From an uncultured Clostridiaceae bacterium (GTDB taxonomy: Bacteria; Bacillota; Clostridia; Clostridiales; Clostridiaceae), in the NCBI GenBank assembly GCA_963780135.1, contig CAWAAR010000003.1:3709701-3733700 (forward strand): 24,000 nucleotides of DNA, written 5' to 3'. Of the stretch, positions 7,223 to 13,737 are shown piece by piece. A model generated the notes under the pieces. It saw only the letters and a program-made list of their open reading frames with translations. It was not told the origin of the DNA and did not search any database. Numbering within the stretch: the stretch's first letter is position 1; every line of letters begins with the position of its first letter. A program made the translations under genes and the position numbers.

Positions 7223-9519
7223 TATATTTCCTCCCCTTTAAGATTATTCATTAATACTTCAAGTATATCAAGTGCTTCCTTAAATTTATATTTCAAAACA
7301 AACCTCTCAATTTCTGCAGCATTTTTTTGGATTTCTACCGGCCATACTAATTTTCTATATTCTTTCATAACTTCAGCACATTTTTTAGGTTTTCGAGTTT
7401 TCAAATAAGGTTTAAGCTCATTCATAATTTTTAATATTTCATTTTTGGATGAAACATTACCAGTTACCATAGCCACCTGCTCATCTTCTGGAAGTACACT
7501 TTCAAGAGCTTTTATCATTTTACTAAGCATAACACTTGTCTCTCTCAACATGGTGTTAAGTATATCAGAAGAAATCCTTTTTTTAATGGCCTCTTCTAAA
7601 CTAGCTGCCTTTTCCTGAATAACCACAGCACCAATAGTTCCAGATACCCCCTTTAAAGTGTGCGCAATACGTTCTGCAGTAAGAAAGTCCCCCTCTGAAA
7701 TCACTTTTTCAATTTGCATAATTGCATCCTTTTGTCCTAACACATATTTTTTCAATAAATTTATATATGATTTTTTCTTTCCAAGTACCCTTCTTAACCC
7801 AAGTGATGTATCAAGTCCAGGAATGCCTACTACAAAGTCATCTGAACATGTATTTACTGAAGCTTTAAATTTTACTTTTTCAGTACTTACTTTTCTAAAT
7901 GGAATCCATTTTAAAAGTATTGAAAACAACTGATTAGGATCTATAGGTTTAGATATATAATCATTCATACCTGCTTGTATACACTTATTCTGATCATTGG
8001 TCATTACATTAGCAGTCATTGCAATAATAGGTAATGCTAATCTCTTTATATTTCTTCTAATTTCTTTTGTTGCTGTTACACCATCCATTACTGGCATCTG
8101 CATGTCCATAAGTACAATATCGTATTTATTCTCCCTAACTTTATCCACTGCAATTTTTCCATTTTTAGCAAAATCTATTGAAAACTCGCCTTCTTGTAAT
8201 AGGTCAACTGCAACCTGCACATTTAGTTCATTATCTTCCACTAATAATATCCGGGCTCCACTGATTACTGTAAGAGATTCATTGTTTTTTAAAGGTTCAT
8301 CCATCTTTTGTGTTGCTTTACCAATACCAAGTTTTGCAGTAAACCAAAAAGTACTTCCTATTCCAAGTTCAGTTTCAACTCCAACCTGGCCTTCCATTAG
8401 AGTTGCCAATTCTTTAGAAATAGCAAGCCCCAGACCTGTACCTCCATACTTTCTAGTTATAGAAGTATCGGCCTGTTGAAAGGATTGAAAAAGTTCACCT
8501 TTTTGTTCTTCAGTCATACCAAGTCCTGTATCCTGAACCTCAAACTTTATTACACACTGATCAAGTAATTCTTCTTCTTTGCGAATTCTTACAACTATTT
8601 GTCCTTTTTCAGTGAATTTAACTGCATTGCTTACATAATTAATAAGAATTTGTCCTACTCTTAAGGGATCACCGCATAAATTCTTTGGTAATTCAGTATC
8701 TAAATCAAAGATTAGTTGAAGACCCTTTGAAGCACATTTGTCACCAATAAGATTTTCTAGATTATCTAGTACCTCAGCCAGTTTAAAACTGGTTTTCTCA
8801 ATTTTAAGCTTTCCTGCTTCGATTTTAGAAAAGTCCAATATATCATTTATTACACCTAACAAATGCTGATTGGATTGGGATATCTTGTTAATATAATCCC
8901 TTTGTTTGGTATTTAGATCTGTTTTTTCAATTAAATAAGTCATTCCCATAATAGCATTTATTGGAGTTCGAATTTCATGACTCATATTTGCTAAAAAATC
9001 CGACTTCGTTTTAGCAGCCTCCTCAGCACGTTCCTTAGCATCCCTTAATTCTTCTGCTTGTACTAGCAATTTATCATTCTTTTTTTTAAGCTCAACCATA
9101 AGTTCTTGTCTTGATGGTATGGATAGTACTTTTTTTAACTCTTCTATTTCTTCTTTACTAATAGAAAATTTCATATCTTTTATGTAAGAAAATGCTTCTA
9201 TAATTAATGAATTATCCTCTAATTTCCTTATAAAGTAATTATCAAAAATTTCATTACCAAATTCAAGATTCTCTTTAGTTACTATTTTCGATAATTTAAA
9301 TAATAAAGCTTTTTTTTCATATATATCTGTTATAAAAATTGAAATCAGTATATCTTTATTATTGCAATAACATCTACGACATATTTCCGATATAGCAACT
9401 TCAATTCTTGTGGTTTTTATATCAGTATACCCAAAGCTTGTAACTAGTCCTCGTATTTTCTTTCTAGCTTCAATTATAGAATCGATGTTCATTATTTTGA
9501 GAATGCCTAATTCAATCAT
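7222..9519 (-). CDS. Soluble hybrid sensor histidine kinase: unassigned ~135-aa N-terminal domain, coiled coil, HisKA, HATPase_c, REC, Hpt
   Basis: H-box FLANMSHEIRTPINAI (His181). HATPase: VSNAVKFT, QDTGLGM, GGTGLGLAISKELATLMEG. REC: ILLVEDNELN, DIVLMDMQMPVMDG, AMTANV, ISKPI. Hpt: AHTLKGVSGTIGA. No hydrophobic TM stretch is visible. AAGAGGT lies 8 nt before ATG 9519, and the start is 22 nt after the rsbX-like stop. Confidence 0.9.
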   Translation of the reverse strand: MIELGILKIMNIDSIIEARKKIRGLVTSFGYTDIKTTRIEVAISEICRRCYCNNKDILISIFITDIYEKKALLFKLSKIVTKENLEFGNEIFDNYFIRKLEDNSLIIEAFSYIKDMKFSISKEEIEELKKVLSIPSRQELMVELKKKNDKLLVQAEELRDAKERAEEAAKTKSDFLANMSHEIRTPINAIMGMTYLIEKTDLNTKQRDYINKISQSNQHLLGVINDILDFSKIEAGKLKIEKTSFKLAEVLDNLENLIGDKCASKGLQLIFDLDTELPKNLCGDPLRVGQILINYVSNAVKFTEKGQIVVRIRKEEELLDQCVIKFEVQDTGLGMTEEQKGELFQSFQQADTSITRKYGGTGLGLAISKELATLMEGQVGVETELGIGSTFWFTAKLGIGKATQKMDEPLKNNESLTVISGARILLVEDNELNVQVAVDLLQEGEFSIDFAKNGKIAVDKVRENKYDIVLMDMQMPVMDGVTATKEIRRNIKRLALPIIAMTANVMTNDQNKCIQAGMNDYISKPIDPNQLFSILLKWIPFRKVSTEKVKFKASVNTCSDDFVVGIPGLDTSLGLRRVLGKKKSYINLLKKYVLGQKDAIMQIEKVISEGDFLTAERIAHTLKGVSGTIGAVVIQEKAASLEEAIKKRISSDILNTMLRETSVMLSKMIKALESVLPEDEQVAMVTGNVSSKNEILKIMNELKPYLKTRKPKKCAEVMKEYRKLVWPVEIQKNAAEIERFVLKYKFKEALDILEVLMNNLKGEEI

Positions 9520-9541
9520 TTTAACTTACCTCTTTAAAGTT

Positions 9542-10141
9542 TCATATTAAATATTTTAGCACAATGCAAGATTCATCATCATTTTTTTTACTAAATTTTT
9601 CTAATATTCCTTGTGCAATATTTTCAGCATTTTCTTTTAGTAATCCTCTACATTCAAAGGATTCAAAATGTTCTTTAATACCATCTGAATGCAAAAGTAA
9701 AATTTCTCCTCCATGAAGTTTTAAACTGTGTTTGTGAGGATTGGTTATTCTATAGCCAATGACACCACCTTTTGATACAAACCTAATAGGCTTTGGCCAC
9801 ATAATTCTAACAGTAATATTTCCTATTCCAACATAACTGAGTTCACCAGTTACCATATCTAAATTACATATTGCTGCAACAGCTCCTCTGGTTCCCTTTA
9901 AATGTTCATGCAGACCATTCATAATGTCCACTATGTCCTTACAATAATTATTCTCCAAGTATGTTTTTGCATATAGTGCTACTTTTCTTGCTTCTGATCC
10001 ATGTCCAAGTATATCAACTAAAGCCAAAAAACAATTATTTCCATACTTTTTAATAATACCTATATCACCACACTCTGATTCGTCTCCAAGTAATGCTTTG
10101 TAAACCATGCCTAACTCAATATCTGACATTATCTCTTCCAT
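9542..10141 (-). CDS. rsbX: RsbX-like PP2C/SpoIIE-family serine phosphatase
   Basis: About 195-199 aa, a single PP2C-like domain (GDIGIIKKYGNNCFLALVDILGHGSEA, GAVAAICNLD, LLLHSDGIKE). It sits fourth in an R-S-T-X gene order. The start is ambiguous: ATG 10141 overlaps rsbT by 13 nt, while ATG 10129 forms a TAATG overlap with the rsbT stop. Confidence 0.75.
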   Translation of the reverse strand: MEEIMSDIELGMVYKALLGDESECGDIGIIKKYGNNCFLALVDILGHGSEARKVALYAKTYLENNYCKDIVDIMNGLHEHLKGTRGAVAAICNLDMVTGELSYVGIGNITVRIMWPKPIRFVSKGGVIGYRITNPHKHSLKLHGGEILLLHSDGIKEHFESFECRGLLKENAENIAQGILEKFSKKNDDESCIVLKYLI

Positions 10142-10590
10142 TTACGTGCAAGCACACGCGTTCCCTTTCCTAATATAGCTTCAATATAAAATTCGTCCAT
10201 TATCCTTTTCACACTTGGCAGTCCTAAGCCTAGGCTATGAGGTAAAGAACTGTACTGTTCTTGCATGGCAAGCTCAATATCCATTATTCCAGGACCATTA
10301 TCCTTAGCAAATATTTCAATACCTACACGGCCATCATTTATATTTCTTATAAAACTAATAGTTATTTCACCTTTTTTTGCATATCGAATTATATTTGTTG
10401 ATAATTCAGATGCTGCAGTAGCAATCATAACCTCATCCGTACGCATAAAACCAGCTTTTACAGCCATCTGCCTTGTAACAAATATGATATGCCCATTATT
10501 ATGATCTTCTGCAAGCTTAACAAGAACCATATCCAATAAGCTCACAGTTTTGCCTGCAAAAATAGTAAAGCCATCTTCTATTTCATCCAT
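10129..10590 (-). CDS. rsbT: RsbT-like GHKL serine/threonine protein kinase (anti-sigma-regulatory-factor type)
   Basis: 153 aa. N-box-like ATAASELSTNIIRYA, G1 DNGPGI, G2 GLGLPSVKRIMDEF. It has no HisKA or dimerisation His domain. AGAGGTG lies 7 nt before ATG 10590. It immediately follows two STAS genes. Confidence 0.8.
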   Translation of the reverse strand: MDEIEDGFTIFAGKTVSLLDMVLVKLAEDHNNGHIIFVTRQMAVKAGFMRTDEVMIATAASELSTNIIRYAKKGEITISFIRNINDGRVGIEIFAKDNGPGIMDIELAMQEQYSSLPHSLGLGLPSVKRIMDEFYIEAILGKGTRVLARKWKR

Positions 10591-10616
10591 TAATAAGCAC
10601 CTCTGATTTTATTAAA

Positions 10617-10985
10617 TTAAGTCTTTGATACTAGTTTAAATCCCTGTTCTAAGTTAATAGCAGCTTTTATACCACTAACATCTACATTTAAATCTAATAG
10701 TGCTGACACAACTCCGGGTTTAAGACCAATCCATACAACATTAACTCCCATAAGTGAAATTGCTTTTGAAGCTTTTTGTAAAAACTTAAATGTATAAGAA
10801 TCCATTCCTTTTAACATACTTAAATCAAGTATAGCACTAACTATTGAAACGTTATTAGCTTTTGTTATTATTCTGCTAATACCTAGTTCTATCTCTTTAT
10901 CAGTAATTTCACTTGGCAGTGTTACAATAAGACACCCTTCTACTACTGTCACTGATGTTTTAAAATCATAATCAAACTCTATCAT
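10617..10985 (-). CDS. rsbS: RsbS-like single-domain STAS protein
   Basis: 122 aa, STAS only. The conserved phosphorylatable serine context is ILDLSMLKGMDSYTFKFL (Ser63), comparable to the RsbS Ser in the D-S-F/Y motif. AAGGAAG RBS overlaps the rsbR stop. Confidence 0.8.
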   Translation of the reverse strand: MIEFDYDFKTSVTVVEGCLIVTLPSEITDKEIELGISRIITKANNVSIVSAILDLSMLKGMDSYTFKFLQKASKAISLMGVNVVWIGLKPGVVSALLDLNVDVSGIKAAINLEQGFKLVSKT

Positions 10986-10995
10986 AGCATCTTCC

Positions 10996-11808
10996 TTATA
11001 ATTCTTTTTTATGTTTCACTTCTAAATTAAGTATTGAAAAAGCTTCAGCCAAGGCATCGCTTAAAGTAGCCTTTGTTTTTATGCTTTCCATGTCAATTCC
11101 TAGTTCAATAATAGTTTGTGCCACTGCTGGAGATATCCCAGAAATTATACATTCACAGCCCATAAGTTTTGTAGCCTTCGTTATTTTAATAAGATGATTT
11201 GCTACAGCAGTATCTACAGCAGCAACCCCATGAATATCCATTATTATAACTTTAGAATATGTTTCCATTATTTTGTTTAGCATACTTTCCATCATATGCT
11301 GTGCTCTCATAGAATCAACCACACCTACAACCGGAAGAACCAGAACTCCTTCCCATAATTCTATAGTCGGTGTTGACATCTCACGTATGGTTTGGCTTTG
11401 TTCCCTTACTCTTTCTTCATATTGAACTCTTTCCATTATATCAATGATAAACTCAAGACCTCCAATTATATTATCATTTTCATCTTTTAAAGGAACAGAA
11501 AAATATTCCATAGGCATTTTCAAGTTATTAATTGTTACTTCATTTCGTGCAGAACACATTTTTCCACTTTCAATAGCTTTAATCATACAACACTGCTCCG
11601 TATTACAATGCAATGAATTAAAAAGGTCACAACACCTTTTGCCTAAAATGTCCTCCTTGCTTTTCTTTACAGTTTTTTGTCCCGCCTTATTTATATAAGT
11701 TACTCTTAATTCTTTATCCACTGCCATTACTGTAGTTGGTATTTGATCAAGAATCTGCATTTTTATCGTACTATTTGCTTCCTCAAAATTTTCAGTGATA
11801 TTATCCAT
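10996..11808 (-). CDS. rsbR: RsbR-like stressosome sensor: Cys-rich PAS domain plus C-terminal STAS
   Basis: 270 aa. The linker/STAS block TPTIELWEGVLVLPVVGVVDSMRAQ...IIMDIHGVAAVDTAVANHL...ISGISPAVAQTIIELG is typical of RsbR paralogues. Thr200 (in VDT) and Thr232 (in AQT) sit in the motif contexts of the two RsbT-target threonines of B. subtilis RsbRA. The N-terminal PAS (LDQIPTTVMAVDKELRVTYINKAG...) carries CC-x6-HC-x4-CC-x10-C. AGGAGGAAAAG precedes ATG 11808. Confidence 0.8.
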   Translation of the reverse strand: MDNITENFEEANSTIKMQILDQIPTTVMAVDKELRVTYINKAGQKTVKKSKEDILGKRCCDLFNSLHCNTEQCCMIKAIESGKMCSARNEVTINNLKMPMEYFSVPLKDENDNIIGGLEFIIDIMERVQYEERVREQSQTIREMSTPTIELWEGVLVLPVVGVVDSMRAQHMMESMLNKIMETYSKVIIMDIHGVAAVDTAVANHLIKITKATKLMGCECIISGISPAVAQTIIELGIDMESIKTKATLSDALAEAFSILNLEVKHKKEL

Positions 11809-11875
11809 CTTTTCCTCCTAATAATTTTTTATTTACTCATAACTAACCACTCTAATACTCCTATCTTATTAAGTT

Positions 11876-11904
11876 AATATAACATATCATACTCTCAATC
11901 TCAA
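11876..11904 (-). promoter_or_regulatory. Candidate sigma-A-type promoter for the rsbR operon
   Basis: On the minus strand: TTGAGA (11904-11899), a 17-nt spacer ending in TGT, then TATATT (11881-11876, extended -10 type). It lies about 70 nt upstream of ATG 11808. Pattern match only. Confidence 0.3.
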
Positions 11905-12062
11905 TTTATTTTTCAACTATCTAGTTTCCATATAATACAACTTATAACAAAGGTGTTTTTTTGTTTTTATTTTAGTTTACTTTAAATTTTAATTTACATA
12001 ATATTATATTTGTTAACTGCACTTAATAAAGCTTTTAATACTAAAAAATATTACATTAAATT

Positions 12063-12115
12063 GAGAAAAACTCACCTTCATTGTCCTCTGTCAATTGATC
12101 TCTCAAAAAAAGTTG
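12063..12115 (+). repeat. Solo copy of the terminal repeat of the MITE-like element at 19458-19741
   Basis: gagaaaaactcaccttcattgtcctctgtcaattgatctctcaaaaaaagttgtg aligns with the right arm gaagaaaacttaccttcactgtcctctgtcctatgtcaattgtcctctaaaaaatgcttcg. Most positions match, with a 7-nt gap. No convincing opposite arm is seen nearby. Confidence 0.5.
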
Positions 12116-12124
12116 TGTCACATC

Positions 12125-12153
12125 TTGCTTAAACTGCGAAAATTAAGTAATAT
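12125..12153 (+). promoter_or_regulatory. Candidate sigma-A-type promoter for the REC-HD-GYP gene
   Basis: TTGCTT (12125-12130), a 17-nt spacer, then TAATAT (12148-12153). It lies about 65 nt upstream of ATG 12219. Pattern match only. Confidence 0.35.
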
Positions 12154-12170
12154 AAGTTTAAGTAAACACA

Positions 12171-12198
12171 AAGTTTGTTAAAATCTAGCAACAAACTT
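12171..12198 (+). promoter_or_regulatory. Perfect 9-bp inverted repeat (AAGTTTGTT-N10-AACAAACTT) abutting the RBS of the HD-GYP gene: operator or 5'-UTR hairpin
   Basis: aagtttgtt (12171-12179) and aacaaactt (12190-12198) are exact reverse complements. AGGGAGG (12201-12207) follows 2 nt later. Confidence 0.35.
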
Positions 12199-12218
12199 AA
12201 AGGGAGGTGCAAAATAAC

Positions 12219-13337
12219 ATGAAAAAACTTTCTGAATGTATGGTGCTTATTGTTGATGATACGGAAGCTAATGTGGATATCCTTGTAGAAGCCTTTGGTG
12301 ACGATTATGAAATATCCGTTGCTATGGATGGAGAATCTGCTCTTGAAAATATAGGAATGGAATTGCCTGACATAATTTTATTGGATATTATGATGCCTGA
12401 TATGGATGGGTATGAACTATGCCGCCGTATCAAAGAAAATAAAGCTACTGCAGAAATTCCTATTATATTTTTAACAGCCATGACAGATATAGTAAGCAAA
12501 ACAAAAGGCTTTGAACTTGGTGCAGTGGATTATATAATTAAACCTTTTGAAATTCTTGAGGTAAAAGCTAGGGTACATACCCACCTGTCCTTGAGACTTG
12601 CACAATATGAGTTATCAAAGCAAAATGAACTTCTTGAGATAAAAGTAATAGAAAGAACAAAGGAGCTTAATCTTACCCAAGAAGCAACTATTGAAGCAAT
12701 GGCTTGTCTAGCAGAATATCGTGATCCTGAAACTGGAGGTCATATAAAACGCACAAAAAATTATATAAAAATATTGGCAGAGGAACTAAAAAAAACTTCA
12801 AAGTTCAAGGATATTTTGCTTAACGAAACCATAGAACTTTTGTACAAATCCGCACCTCTCCATGATATCGGCAAAATAGGTATAAGAGATGATATTTTGC
12901 TTAAAAATGACAAATTAACCCCTGAAGAATTTGAAGAAATGAAAAAACATACACTTTTAGGATATTACTCACTGTTAAAAGCTTCTTCAAAACTTGGTAA
13001 TAATTCTTTTTTAAAATGTGCAATGGAACTTACGCGCTCTCATCAAGAAAAATGGGATGGAACAGGTTATCCAGATGGTCTAAGGGGAGAAGATATTCCT
13101 TTACCTGGAAGACTTATGGCAGTGTCAGATGTTTATGATGCACTTATCAGTAAACGAGTCTACAAACCTGCTTTTTCTCATAAAAAAGCTGTTCAAATAA
13201 TTCTTGAAGGTAGGGGCCATCACTTTGATCCTGAGATTGTTGATGCATTCATGAATATTCATGAAGAATTCCGAAAAATTGCATATAAATATGCTGATTG
13301 TGAGGAAGAACGTACTGCCCTGAATAATTCAATTTAG
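12219..13337 (+). CDS. Response regulator with an HD-GYP c-di-GMP phosphodiesterase output (RpfG-like, REC + HD-GYP)
   Basis: REC: VLIVDDTEANVDIL, IILLDIMMPDMDG, FLTAMTD, IIKPF. HD-GYP: GGHIKRTKNY, APLHDIGKIGI, HTLLGY, SHQEKWDGTGYPDGL, RLMAVSDVYDALISKRVYK. The ORF track begins at GTG 12207, which lies inside the RBS AGGGAGG. ATG 12219 sits 11 nt after that RBS and is preferred. Confidence 0.9.
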   Translation: MKKLSECMVLIVDDTEANVDILVEAFGDDYEISVAMDGESALENIGMELPDIILLDIMMPDMDGYELCRRIKENKATAEIPIIFLTAMTDIVSKTKGFELGAVDYIIKPFEILEVKARVHTHLSLRLAQYELSKQNELLEIKVIERTKELNLTQEATIEAMACLAEYRDPETGGHIKRTKNYIKILAEELKKTSKFKDILLNETIELLYKSAPLHDIGKIGIRDDILLKNDKLTPEEFEEMKKHTLLGYYSLLKASSKLGNNSFLKCAMELTRSHQEKWDGTGYPDGLRGEDIPLPGRLMAVSDVYDALISKRVYKPAFSHKKAVQIILEGRGHHFDPEIVDAFMNIHEEFRKIAYKYADCEEERTALNNSI

Positions 13338-13358
13338 TTTTCAGCACCAAAAATTAAA

Positions 13359-13396
13359 CGGCTCTTGAAATCAAATTCAAGGCCGCTTGTTTTTTG
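13359..13396 (+). terminator. Rho-independent terminator between convergent genes, possibly bidirectional
   Basis: cggctcttgaa (13359-13369) pairs with ttcaaggccg (13376-13385) with one bulge, over a 6-nt loop, followed by cttgtttttt. The minus-strand reading is also followed by a T-rich tract. Confidence 0.6.
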
Positions 13397-13411
13397 TTAA
13401 CAATATAAATT

Positions 13412-13612
13412 CTATTTATTATAAGATTTTTTTATTTCTCCAATATCCTTTCCACCAATACCAATATTCTCATCATCAAGTTCATGAATTACAACAGTAA
13501 ATGACTCCTTTGGAATCTTTGTAATTTCTGCTGTAGTTTCTGTGATGTTTTTGATAATTTCTCTTTTTTGTTCTTTTGTTAGTTTACCTATTTCTAATGA
13601 TATAACTGGCAT
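13412..13612 (-). CDS. 4-oxalocrotonate tautomerase family protein
   Basis: 66 aa beginning MPVISLEIGKLTKEQKREIIKNITETTAEITKIPKESFTVVIHEL (catalytic Pro after the initiator Met, beta-alpha-beta fold length). The ORF track starts at GTG 13621, but GAAGGGAAG lies 7-8 nt before ATG 13612, which exposes Pro1. Confidence 0.8.
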   Translation of the reverse strand: MPVISLEIGKLTKEQKREIIKNITETTAEITKIPKESFTVVIHELDDENIGIGGKDIGEIKKSYNK

Positions 13613-13684
13613 AAAAAGCACTTCCCTTCATTTATATTTTATAATATCTTTAAATAATAAACAAATCATTATATACATTGTATC

Positions 13685-13728
13685 AAAGGAAAAACAGTTC
13701 AAAACACATTCAGTATTTTGAACTGTTT
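13685..13728 (-). terminator. Rho-independent terminator after the DUF2167 gene
   Basis: A perfect 13-bp stem (13692-13704 aaacagttcaaaa with 13716-13728 ttttgaactgttt) and an 11-nt loop. The minus strand continues CTGTTTTTCCTTT. It lies 10 nt after the stop at 13738. Confidence 0.6.
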
Positions 13729-13737
13729 CTTAAATTA

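Noticed and set aside
7997-8479. 160-aa plus-strand ORF, and similar 64-139-aa ORFs at 786-1049, 1134-1553, 2252-2527, 3466-3741, 3748-4005, 5121-5372, 6130-6330, 7658-7933, 10265-10504, 11444-11698, 12305-12499, 18653-18847 and 21011-21256
   Set aside because: All lie antisense inside long, well-supported domain-bearing genes. They translate to low-complexity Ser/Phe/Ile/Leu-rich sequences with no motifs and lack RBSs. These are typical shadow ORFs of AT-rich DNA.
12207-12218. ORF-track start extensions: GTG 12207 (HD-GYP), ATG 4571 (MCP), TTG 2832 (PocR-MCP), GTG 13621 (tautomerase)
   Set aside because: In each case a Shine-Dalgarno sequence lies inside the extension, at proper spacing from a downstream ATG (12219, 4550, 2817, 13612). 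For the tautomerase, the shorter form also exposes the catalytic Pro1.
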